From: Octopus bimaculoides
Lineage: Eukaryota
Reading direction: 5' to 3'
DNA length: 60,560 nt
NCBI RefSeq assembly: GCF_001194135.2
Contig: NC_068982.1
Location: forward strand, 75,104,736-75,165,295
Shown: positions 49,470 to 60,560 of the stretch, in pieces
Layout: each line of letters starts with the position of its first letter
Position numbering within the stretch: position 1 is the stretch's first letter
Notes under the pieces: generated by a model
What the model was told of the DNA's origin: nothing
The model's input: only the letters and a program-made list of their open reading frames with translations
Database searches by the model: none
Position numbers and translations under genes: made by a program

Positions 49470-49850
49470 TATATAAACCACATGGTTCCAGGTTCATTCC
49501 CACTGCATGGCACCTGGGGCAAGTATCTTCTACTATAGCCTCAGGCTGACCAAAGCCTTGTGAGTGGATTTGATAGACAGAAACTGAAAAAAGCCTATCA
49601 TGTGTATGTGTGTGTGTGTGTGTGTGTGTCTTTGTATCTGTGTTTGTCTCCCCATCACTGCTTGACAACCAGTGTTGGTGTGTTTACACTCCCATAAACT
49701 AGCAGTTCAGCAAAATAAACTGATAGAATAAATATTAGGCTTAAGAAATAAGTCCTGGGAGTCAATTTGTTTGACTAAAACCCTTCAAGGTAGTGCACCA
49801 GCATGACCACAGTCAAATGAATGAAATAAGTAAAAGAATAAAAGAAAAGA
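49470..49850 (+). mobile_element. SINE family B
   Basis: ggttccaggttcattcccactgcatggcacctggggcaagtatcttctactatagcc...gtgcaccagcatgaccacagtcaaatga. Confidence 0.85.
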
Positions 49851-50386
49851 ACAAAAGAAAAAAATGAAAGAATGTCTGGATTTATAAGAGAAAATTCTTC
49901 AATACATTTAGTAAAAGTATATTTATTCAATGACAAAGATTCAGTTTGTTGCTTGTGATGGGAAGAATTAAAAAACACACATACATATATGCACACACAT
50001 ACATATATGCACACACATATACACACACAAATATACATATATGCACACACATATATATATAGATGTAGGTATGTACATATGTATGGATATATGCATATAT
50101 TTATATATTATTTATATCATTATATGCACACACACATGCATACATGCACACACACATACGTATATATTTTCCTATATTAAATTGGTCTTTTATTGTGACA
50201 CTGCGTTTAAAAAAAAAAAATTTGAATTAACTAATTATGCGTATTAATTAAATAATTATATAAATTATGTTTTTAATTTATCTGTCAAAACAGCCATCCA
50301 TAACAAATTATGAACCATCAGTAAAATTTCTGCTTTTCTATTTTTTTTTTATTATTATTAGTTACACAACCACCCATCCAACATGC

Positions 50387-50439
<53 letters not shown>

Positions 50440-51567
50440 GAGAGAGTATTTATGTCTCCTTGTTTTGACATCATGTGACATTTGTAAATAAGCATCATCA
50501 TCATCATGCAAGTGGAGTTGTACACTCCCAATACTGAAAACATCTCTGGCCATGAGGAAATGTTAGATTACTAGGTAGAAGTTGAAGGTCAGTGACAGGA
50601 ATAGCATTCAACCATAGAAATATCAGCTTCAACAAATCAGCTTCAACAAATCCCATAGAAGCATGATAAACGATTGTTAAAATGATGAGGCGGTGGAAGA
50701 AGTGGATATATATATATATATATATAAAACGCTGGTGTTTTAATGGTGACAGCTGATGAAGGAGATGTTTCTATGTGGCTTGCTTGTTTGTTGTACCTTG
50801 TTTATCATTTTGTCCATGTTCTTTTGCCACGTCATGTACCCAGTTTTGTATCTATATGTACATGTAGATGAAGGTATGTACATACATGTACATATANNNN
50901 NNNNNNNNNNNNNNNNNNNNNNNNNNNNNNNNNNNNNNNNNNNNNNNNNNNNNNNNNNNNNNNNNNNNNNNNNNATATATATAGTTATTAGTGAAGGGTT
51001 ACCAATCTGGGCAAAATACTTTATGAACTCTGTTAGTACACCAGGCTAACAATATTGTTTGGATCAGTAAAGAACTCCACATATTCTTGTGGTAGTGTCT
51101 GAGGTTACAGTTCATCACAGTTCTATATTATAAATCCACACACGTGCATGCGCACACACACACACACACACGCGCGCGCGTAAATTCAATTTGTAGAAAA
51201 ACCACTGTTTAATTAAAGAGTGTGTCTGGTTTTCAAGACAATTAACATTAAGTGCAAACAGAATGACCCTTTATTAAGAAGTAGGCAGAACAGCCAATCA
51301 CAGACAGTAAAGATGTACAAGATATAACAGAAAAAATACCCAAACTCTACTTGAATATTTCAAAGAGCTTCAATAATGAAGTAGAAGCAGGATGTTAAGT
51401 GGATACTATCTCAGCAGGGGGTCACAAGTTCAAAATTATTTCCGGCATTTTGTTGATTCTGGACACATATTTTTACTCTACCAAATGTTAGATCAATTGA
51501 TTATTGAAAAACAAAAGGAAGTTATATGCAATGGGCTGGTGTCTTATCCAGGAGAAAATTTATCTTT

Positions 51568-51626
<59 letters not shown>

Positions 51627-53326
51627 NNNNNNNNNNNNNNNNNNNNNNNNNNNNNNNNNNNNNNNNNNNNNNNNNNNNNNNNNNNNNNNNNNNNNNNNNN
51701 NNNNNNNNNNNNNNNNNNNNNNNNNNNNNNNNNNNNNNNNNNNNNNNNNNNNNNNNNNNNNNNNNNNNNNNTTCTTTTCACCTTTTACTTGTTCCAGTCA
51801 ATAGATTGTGGCCATGCTGGGGCACTGCCTTGAAGAATTTTTTTAATTTTTACTTGTGGCAGTCATTAGAGAAAGAGGGAGAGAGAGATTGACTGTTTAA
51901 TTGTGCAAAACAGACCATCCTTGAATAAATAAATGAATAAATATATGTGGTGTGGAGGTTGTCATTGTCTTGAACGCTGACCATTCTTGCCACAGGACAA
52001 TTTCCAGCCAAATAGAAAGACAGAAAGAGAGAGAGAGAGAGATTGAAAGATGTCGATTCTTTGAAAATTTTGGCACTTTAGCTCTGGTCACACTGTCATC
52101 ATTATCATCACCATAGTTAAAGTGTGAAAGTGGACAAAACACCCATGCTTATAAATGAGATGGTGTCTCAATTATGTTTTGTAGGACAAACAGACAGAAA
52201 CTCTCTTTTATATATATATATATAGATTATGTTTTAGCCATTTTCATTTAGGTTATTTTGAACTTCATCATCATTATCATCATCATTGTGTTAATGTTCA
52301 CTTTGCCATGCTCACCTGAGTCAAACTGATTGGTTGAGGCAAATTTTTTTACCCCCAGATACCCTTCCTGTCACCAACCCTCACCTTCTTCCAAGTAAGG
52401 TAATATTTCCCCTTTACTGAACATGTTTTGATAGAAAACTGGGAATGAAGGACACTGCTTCAATGACAGTGACACAACAATCTCACTATGTCAAGACAAG
52501 GACACATGCACACACGTACGTATGGACACACACATGTGCACACACACAAGCATATATGATGGGCTTCTTTCAGTTTCTATCTACCATCAAATCCACTTAT
52601 AAGACATTAGTGAAACCAAGGCTATGTTAGAAAGACATTTTCCCAATATGCGCATACATATATGATGGGCTTCTTTCAGTTTCTATCTACCACCAAATCC
52701 ACTCATAAGGTTTTAGTCAACCCAGAGCTGTGCTATATAGTGAGACTGAACCCAAAACCAAACGACTGGGAAGTGAGCTTCTTAACCACACAGCTTTGTA
52801 GAAGTGAAAATGCCACTCCAAAATAAACATTTATTTCTTCTGACTTTGGTTAGAACAAAATTTAACTGTCCTGATTCCCTTATCCAAATCTTTTGTCAGT
52901 TCACTCTCACACAAAGGTCAGCCAATGTCAGTCTCCAATCTAAATTTGTCTTCACTAATATCTGACAGCAGTTACTGACTGACAAAACCTATACATTCTG
53001 ACTTCTACAAACCAAAATAACTTTCCAGTTTTACTAATCACACAAAGGTCAGGTCAGCTTCCAAATTTCTCTCCACCTATGTTGATTCTAGTTAGTCCAA
53101 ACCTACCACACTAAAATATTTCTTACCCTCCTTAGGTATATTGGTTGGTTGAGAACATTATACCTTCTAATAAACAACACTGTTGATAATATATTAGCTA
53201 AATAACTGTGTTGTAATAGAAAGGAAATTGGTGTACACTGTGGTATATAGTATTGTAGAACATTATACAAACTCTTTATAAGTCTTTTACAAGCAATGTA
53301 TCTCAAATGCTAGTCTAGCTATAAAT

Positions 53327-53524
53327 GATGGTTTCAAATCTTGATACAAGGCCAGCAATTTCGGGGGGGGGGGGTGCTAAGTAGATTATATTGACTCCTG
53401 TTTTCAACTGGTACTTATTTTATCGATCCCGAAAGGGTGAAAGGCAAAGCCGACCTTGGCAGAATTTGAACTCAGAACATAAGGACAGCCAAAACGCCAC
53501 TAAGCATTTTGCCCAGCATCTTAC
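53327..53524 (-). mobile_element. SINE family A with 13-bp TSD
   Basis: tctagctataaat at 53314-53326 and 53525-53537. Confidence 0.85.
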
Positions 53525-53537
53525 TCTAGCTATAAAT

Positions 53538-54895
53538 AATACATAGGATTAAAAACCTACTGACAGAAAAGAGGCAGAATGCCACCTACAAGGCTTGAAC
53601 CATGCATCTACTGTAATAACCAGAGAATCATGATGTCATTAAATTATAGTGACTCTCTGGCTTACAACCATCCAAATTAGAGGCTTTAATCTGACAAGCG
53701 AGAAAGCAAGCTTGTTTATATCTAGAATGTAACAACAGAAGCTTTGAGAAATATGTAAATAAATCTTCCATAAACACTGCCTCTTAAATGCCAGCCCAGC
53801 TACAAAGAATCCTTTCTACTATAGGCACAAGGCCTGGAATTTGGGGATAGAGGGTAATTTGATTACATCACCCCCAGTGCGCAACTGGTACTTAATTCAT
53901 CAATTCTGAAAGGATAAAAGGCAAAGTTGAGCCTGGCAGAATTTGAACCCAGAATGTAAAGACAGACAAAAGCATTTTGCCTGGCGTACTAACAATTCTG
54001 CCAGCTTGCTGCCTTAACCCAGCTATAAGTAATAACTTGTAATACATAGGATTTGAAACCTCTTGGATGGCAATAAAATGGTAGAAAGCTACTTGCAGGA
54101 TTCAAGATTCGAACTACAGCTCTACTGAAATCTAGGCAGTCGTGATACCATTACACTAAAATAGTTCAGATTTTCATCCATTCAGACAAGATGCTTTAAT
54201 CTTACAAGTGAGAAAACAAGGTTGTTTATATTTAGAAAATAAATATAGAAGAGTTGAGAAATGTGTAAATAATCAACATCATCATTTAATGTCCGTTCTC
54301 CATGTTGCATGAGTTGGACAGTTTGACAGAAGCTGGCCAGACTCAATTTTATCTGTTTTGACATGGTTTCTACAACTGGATGCCCTTCCTAATGCCAACC
54401 ACTTTACATGTCTCCTCCACAATTAAAGATTGGCACTTCTTTATGTGGTTGTCCTCATCCATTTGCATCGCATGACCGTACTAGCACAATTCTCTCTTGC
54501 ACACAACATCTGATGTCTTATATACCCAATTTTTCTCTCAAATCACACTTTGTTGTACATGCACTGCCAATCCAACTATGACTAATAACTGATAATACAT
54601 AGGGTTAGAAACCCCTTAGAATGGGGGAAAAAAAGGTAGAAAGCTACTTAGAGGATTTGAAGCATATATAACCCAGATAATTGTGATAGCATTACAACCA
54701 AACTGGATGCATGGTTTCAATCTCATGTGTAGCTTTCCACCCTGTTTTCAACCAAGGGGTTTTTAACCTTATGTTTTATGAGTTATTATTTATAGCTGGA
54801 TTGACATTTCAGATGCATCATTTATAGAAGATTTATTTACATATTTCTCAACGCTTCTATATTTACATTCTAAACATAAATAAGATTGTTTATAT
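53538..54895. repeat. Clustered ~250-330-bp repeat family K, three direct copies and one inverted
   Basis: Copies at about 53538-53794, 54026-54272, 54586-54700 (partial) and an inverted copy at about 54700-54895, sharing aatacatagg...ggtagaaagctac and gagaaat(a/g)tgtaaataa; tRNA-like A/B boxes on the minus strand at about 54085-54170. Confidence 0.65.
53803..54017 (-). mobile_element. SINE family A with 8-bp TSD
   Basis: cccagcta at 53795-53802 and 54018-54025. Confidence 0.85.
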
Positions 54896-55244
54896 TTCAG
54901 TTCATCTACCTGTTGAGAACATAGAACAGATATGTAAAAGACTGACAGTGTAAAGCAAGGGGAGATTTATTTCTCATCTACATAAAACACTGAAGTAGGA
55001 GATACCAGTTTCATGTCACTCTGCATCCACGCAATAACAGCCTTACACGGGCACAGGCATGGCTGTGAGGTTAAGAAGCTTGCTTCCCAGCCATGTAGCC
55101 TTGGGTTCACTCTGACTGCATGGTACCTAGGGAAAATATCTTCTATTATAGCCCAGGCCAACCCAAGATATATATATATATCATCATCATCCTTGTTAAA
55201 CATCCACCTTCCATGTTAGCATGGGTGGGACTATATACATATAC

Positions 55245-55276
<32 letters not shown>

Positions 55277-55277
55277 C

Positions 55278-55368
55278 AAAAATTTAAATAAGAGCTTTGA
55301 CGCTAAAATCCATATATATTAAAGTTTATATATGGATTTTAGCATCAAAGCTCTTATTTAATTTTTTT
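55278..55368. repeat. Palindrome with ~42-bp arms next to (TA)n
   Basis: aaaaatttaaataagagctttgacgctaaaatccatatata versus tatatatggattttagcatcaaagctcttatttaattttt. Confidence 0.88.
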
Positions 55369-56195
55369 ATATATAACCAAGGAGATCGATTCATAAGGAG
55401 TTTACTATAGACCTTTGTGGACAAATTTTTGATATTTTGGTAACAATTACATGTTTTATCTCACCAATACATTTGGTAGATATNNNNNNNNNNNNNNNNN
55501 NNNNNNNNNNNNNNNNNNNNNNNNNNNNNNNNNNNNNNNNNNNNNNNNNNNNNNNNNNNNNNNNNNNNNNNNNNNNNNNNNNNNNNNNNNNNNNNNNNNN
55601 NNNNNNNNNNNNNNNNNNNNNNNNNNNNNNNNNNNNNNNNNNNNNNNNNNNNNNNNNNCACATATATATAGCCAAGAAAGTTAAGTGTTGTGAATCCAAC
55701 CCACTAAGGGATAATATCTATTCAATTTTCTTATATATATATATATATATATATATATGTCTGTATTTGTCCCCTACCACCATATGCAATCTATATGCCC
55801 CTCATTTCCCTTATAGATAATCAGTGTCAGATATTTGGTCAATTGCCAACAACTGAGCTGAATTGCCATTCTGAAAAAGACTTAGCTCCCATTTACATTA
55901 TATAATGGAAAGTAAACAATAGGCCTTAAAAAGCTGTTCTGGGCTTAGGAGATACATATTTTTATATTTTACTCAAAAAGACTTGTGGCTGTAATATGCT
56001 GAGACCACTGGTGATTGAGCTTATTAGCTAACTGCTAGGAGATGTATCTGACTGCCAAAGTTGGGAGTAGACTGTTAGCTGTTGGGTGCTGGCTGTTATT
56101 TCTAGCACCAGAAGTCAACAGTTGTACATAGATGAAAATGATGAAATCTGTTTGGGATTTTATCAACAAACTTTATTTCTTGCTGAGAAAATTTG

Positions 56196-56291
56196 GATGT
56201 TATTGAAATAGTATTACAACAAGTGTTGAGAGAGCCCAGATGTTATTGAAATAGTATTACAATGAATGTTGAGAGAGTTTAGATGTTATTG
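56196..56291 (+). repeat. 43-bp tandem repeat, about 2.2 units
   Basis: gatgttattgaaatagtattacaa...tgttgagagag at 56196 and 56239, partial at 56282. Confidence 0.8.
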
Positions 56292-57029
56292 TATTAGAAG
56301 TAGCATAGAAAAGTTACAACTAGTCATTGTATTACTATGGATAGTTCATCATGAAGATATTAGCTAGATTCAGCTGCTGCCTATGTCTGTTCACTGTGTC
56401 ATCTGTCAGTCATCTCTGCAACATCCTGCAAAGTTCTCACTGTGCTCTCTGGGTATGGCAATCACATATGTTGATCTTATACCAATTGATAGGCTCAGAA
56501 AAGAAGGCACCAAAGTTGATATCAGTCACTGTAGCCCTATTCCACATGAAGTCATGATTGGCCTGGCCAGACCCCAATATTCTTTCCAGACAAAGTCGCA
56601 ATTGGTTAGATTCATTGATCATGTGAGCAACATTCTGGTGAATGCTGAATACTCCACTGTAGACCAATGACTGCTATTAACTGCTATTTCTAGCCAGTCC
56701 TGTATTTGAAACATACACTCTCTTTAATGGATTTAGGTGACTAAACAAAGTATTCAACTGCTATCTCCAACCATCACTGGTTCATTTTTATTGTGGAATG
56801 TGATGTTCCAAGATGTGGTTCCTGAAACATATATTCTCCCTAATTCAAAATGTGGAAGGAGAAGTTGTTGAGGGAGATTTGGCTGTTCCAATGAGAAGCT
56901 CTGCTCCTGGTTTCTTTTGATGGTTATTGCAGTAAAGATAAACTCAGAAAATACAAGATAGCATGAATTCTTCAATAATTTATTAAAGAAAGTTGGCAAC
57001 AGATTTGGTTGATGATGACAGAGACAGTA

Positions 57030-57140
57030 AAGTGGAGGGGAGGGGAGGAGGAGGGGGAAGAGCAGGAGGGGAGGAAGAAGAGCAGGAGGGGGGAAGAAGC
57101 AGAGCAGGAGGGGGAGGAAGAGGAGGAGCAAGAAGAGAAG
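57030..57140. repeat. G/A-rich degenerate tandem repeat (gagcaggagggg-type)
   Basis: Recurring agagcaggagggg(g)a units. Confidence 0.75.
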
Positions 57141-58125
57141 TACTTGGTGAACATGACAGTTTTAGTAAATGAGAATTGAAGAAAAGAAAGAAAAAAGATA
57201 AGATATGAAATGGAAGAAATATCTGTAAGAGAAAGAAAGTGAAATCAAGTTACAAGGAATAACTTCAGTACCAAAATGTTTAGTCTCTGCAATGTAGATG
57301 AAGGAAAATGGCAATTTTCCAGAAATTATTAAACAATAGGAAAAAAAAAGCCTATGTGTTGGATGGTAGATGACAAGAAATAAATGGAAGATGAGTTCTT
57401 GTAGTTGTATAAAAGCAGCTTTCTGTTTCTTCTTCTTCGTCTTGTTTCTCCTCTCCGACAATATAATTAGTGCTTTAGACAAGATATTGTCTCAGAAAAG
57501 TCTGCTAGATACTCTACTTACACCAAATTCCAAAAAAAATTACTGTATGGCTGCTGGGTGTATAAGCACATGGTGTGTATTTGTGTTTGTGTCTACATAT
57601 ATTTTGTATGTTTGCATGTGTGTGTATGTATGTGCGTGTGTGAGTGTATAGATGTTGTGTTACTTGTATAGATACTATGCGAGAGTGTGTATGTATATAT
57701 GCTTTCCTCTTTGTATATATATTTACTTATGTGTATACAAATATGCCTATGTGTGTGTGTATGTATGTATATAAAGGTATATATGAATATGTGTTTGTAA
57801 ACATATATACTTCTTTATGAATGTAGGTAGATGTGTGAGGGGGATGTACATATGTATATATATGTGTTTGTGCATATATATATATATATATATATNNNNN
57901 NNNNNGTATGTTTGCATGTGTGTGTATGTATGTGCGTGTGTGAGTGTATAGATGTTGTGTTACTTGTATAGATACTATGCGAGAGTGTGTATGTATATAT
58001 GCTTTCCTCTTTGTATATATATTTACTTATGTGTATACAAATATGCCTATGTGTGTGTGTATGTATGTATATAAAGGTATATATGAATATGTGTTTGTAA
58101 ACATATATACTTCTTNNNNNNNNNN

Positions 58126-58163
<38 letters not shown>

Positions 58164-58454
58164 TACATACACACTATCAATGCGCCTTGGCATTGCCTGG
58201 GTGTTATGACCTACAGCCACATTGTATTTTATATTTTTACATATATATTTTCTCAATTTTCAAGTTCAAGCGGAATGTACACACCACACACAATGCACTC
58301 TGACGTTGCCCAGGTCATTGAAAACAATAACACCACAACCAACTGGTATTGCAGTACATGTCTCTGATAAGGAAAAACTGATTTGAAATCGTATCAATCA
58401 GTAAACACAGTGTGCATCCTGACCAATGAAGGGACACGCTATATATATATATAG

Positions 58455-58765
58455 GCACAGGCGTGGCTGTGTGGTAAGGAGCTTGTTTCCCAACAACATG
58501 GTTCTGGGTTCAGTTCCATTGCGTGACATCTTGGGCAAGTGTCTTCTACTATAGCCTCGGGCCAACTAAAGCCTTGTTCCCCCACCATCACTTTACAATT
58601 GATATCAGTGTGTTTATGTCCCCAAAACCTAGCAGTTCATCAAAAGAGACCAATAGAATAAGTACTAGGCTTACAAAGAATAAGTCCTGGGATCAAATTC
58701 TTCAACTAAGATGGTACTCCAGGTGGTATTTCAGTCAAATGACTGAAACAAGTAAAAGAATAAAT
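58455..58765 (+). mobile_element. SINE family B with internal deletion
   Basis: gcacaggcgtggctgtgtggtaag...ggttcagttccattgcgtgacatcttgggcaagtgtcttctactatagcctcggg...gactgaaacaagtaaaag. Confidence 0.85.
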
Positions 58766-59512
58766 GGGTACACATGTTCGTGTGTATGTGTACAGTTGTG
58801 TGTTTACCCGCATCTAATATCAACACACTGAATGCCTTTCTTTTTCAGAGTCCAAGAACTCTTGAGCAAAGGCGAGTGTTCAGATAACTAAATGGTTTAA
58901 AAAAAGAAAGAAATCAGAACAGCTGTTAAGTTGGGATTTCAAAGATAAAGGACAGACTAACACGTCAGGCAGAGCTTTTCCTCCCAATTCCAGCAACTAT
59001 CCTTATTAAATAAACTACTATGAGTGAAGAAGCTGGAATAGAACAGGTGTGTTACAACATGGGAGCTACCTGACTACTCACATTATAGGAGAGAGTATGT
59101 GAGTGATCAGGCCTGAGCAAAGCAGGTTTCTTGCTGTAGAGGTACTGTGATATGATATACAAGGAGTGGATTTGAACAAGTAGAAAAAGGATATGAACAA
59201 GTAGGAAAAGAATATGAACAAGTAGAAAAAGGATAATGAAACCTGGGTGGAGAGGTGATGTGTGGGTGTGAGGCAGGTACCAGTTTGTCTATATGATAAA
59301 TAAGACTTGTATGACCTCACAATTTGAATGGTGGTAATGATCCAGAAAATGGACTTAAGATTGAATACTAGTTAGTAAATCCAGTTGGTGGAGTCTCACA
59401 TTAGTGTGGGGAACCGGTGCATTTCAGGAAGGCCCTGAAATGGTGCACATTTTCTCCTGATGACCCCTGAAACCTACTGGAATCTTGTGTGTAGAGCTGG
59501 TGCTAGGAAGTG

Positions 59513-59763
59513 TAGGGCTCAATTAGAAAATTGTCAGTGAGGCCCTCTACTCTACAAAAGCTGAAGATTGGTGTTTTATGCTTCATGTAGTACACCAGTT
59601 CCAGCCAAAAAGCCTTGATGGCTTGAGGCTCCACCATTAACCACAATGATGTACTTAAAAAAATCATCATAGCATCCTCCACTTAATTGTGTGCATGGGG
59701 GCCATCTCTTGATGCAGGACCCAATTTGAACAAATCTGTCAAATTGGCTTAAAATCAGCCCTG
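59513..59763. mobile_element. Degenerate MITE with CAGGGC-type termini
   Basis: Left tagggctcaattaga versus the reverse complement of the right end, cagggctgattttaa; no TSD confirmed. Confidence 0.35.
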
Positions 59764-60431
59764 CTTGTATGCAGATCTTCCAATTGACAGCTCTTGCACA
59801 AGTAAGCTGTTTCCAGGACTCATTCAATTGGTTAATTATTTTATACTTGCCAGAGAATGACTAAACACCTTTTTCATATATTAAAGCTACAACAAGACAA
59901 TCTTGTGCATCACTAATTTTAGAATGAGATCAAAAACACATCTCTCCCTCCCCTTCCTCACACTATAGCTCTCTTCCTCTCCTTTTCTTTCTCTCTCTCT
60001 CTCTCTCTCTTATTTATATATAATGTTGTCAAAAATGGTGTTAAGACAATTACCACTTCATCCAATAAACAGAAGTGTTGGTGTAAATACCAGTTGAACC
60101 AATAAATAGTTGTAATTAAGGCAAACTATAAATGAAATCTGATAGGAACAGAAATTCCATAAATGTAAAAATAAAACAAAAACAAGTGTTACATGCTGGT
60201 AAATAATTAAAACAACAGTTTATTTTCCTCAGCATAATATATGAATATATACATATATTTGTATCATATTTTGAAATGTTATATTACATTGTGTTTTTCC
60301 ATACAAGCGCATGTTCAACTATTGTTACAGTCTCACCCCAGTCCTTTAGCATCTAACACATGTAACACTGAAAAAAAAAAATGGGCAACAATAGTTAGCA
60401 AGGTGGGACACATAAGAAAGAAGAAAGCAAA

Positions 60432-60490
60432 GGACCACTGATGAGGTCACAGAAGTGTGACGAAAGAACTGGCCGAAATAGGATTAATGT
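60432..60490 (+). ncRNA. Hammerhead-like core, stems I and III unresolved
   Basis: CTGATGA (60438-60444), G, stem GTCACA-GAAG-TGTGAC, GAAA (60462-60465); a second GAAA at 60475-60478. Confidence 0.35.
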
Positions 60491-60560
60491 AATGTAATGT
60501 AATATAAAGTTGAAGCAAATTAACACCAAATATACAGTGCGTGTGTTTTTATTGGCTAAA

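Noticed and set aside
52552-52720. Internal ~105-bp duplication
   Set aside because: An ordinary tandem or nested duplication of SINE-B sequence.
54085-54170. Functional tRNA gene
   Set aside because: Only A/B-box-like motifs are present, with no acceptor stem or cloverleaf; it is part of repeat family K.
56351-56670. Three overlapping 68-95-aa ORFs
   Set aside because: No recognisable domain or splice support; compatible with decayed repeat or chance.
57606-58115. Exact 210-bp direct duplication (57606-57815 and 57906-58115)
   Set aside because: The second copy is identical and bracketed by two 10-N gaps, so it is most likely a redundant contig placed by the scaffolder.
58849-59046. Plus-strand exon bounded by tttttcAG and CAG|GTGTGT
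   Set aside because: All three frames hit stops within 15 codons and nothing else supports a transcript.
59457-59475. CTGATGA-CCCCT-GAAAC as a hammerhead
   Set aside because: Only 5 unpairable nucleotides lie between the boxes, and no stem I or III forms.

Overview
AT-rich, repeat-saturated eukaryotic genomic DNA from a draft assembly with about 15 N-gaps. It is dense in (TA)n, (GT)n, (CA)n, (GA)n and trinucleotide microsatellites. The repeat content resembles an octopod cephalopod genome such as Octopus; this is an inference from recalled repeat families, not a database result. No complete protein-coding gene, rRNA, intact tRNA or CRISPR array can be supported, and nearly all ORFs in the supplied track are translations of microsatellites, gaps or repeats. 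What can be supported: (i) dozens of tRNA-derived SINE copies from at least three families; (ii) decayed non-LTR retrotransposon fragments, namely RTE-like (YADD core, PHD-like finger, (GAT)n tail), CR1/Jockey-like, R4/Dong-like and CRE-like; (iii) non-autonomous DNA transposons, namely a hAT element with perfect TIRs and an 8-bp TSD, a Tc1/mariner MITE and TTAA piggyBac-like MITEs; (iv) weak candidate exons of an unidentified minus-strand gene. The most interesting signal is a set of short, often palindromic relics abutting (TA)n tracts that carry hammerhead-ribozyme cores. The best example is a head-to-head pair at 43911-44097 whose minus-strand copy has an intact CUGAUGA/GAAA core and GUA cleavage triplet, consistent with Penelope-like element termini. 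Also notable are a two-template insertion (28023-28168), a 5'-truncated RTE copy starting with a ~62-bp minisatellite, and two different SINEs inserted at the equivalent site of adjacent repeat units (53314-54025).
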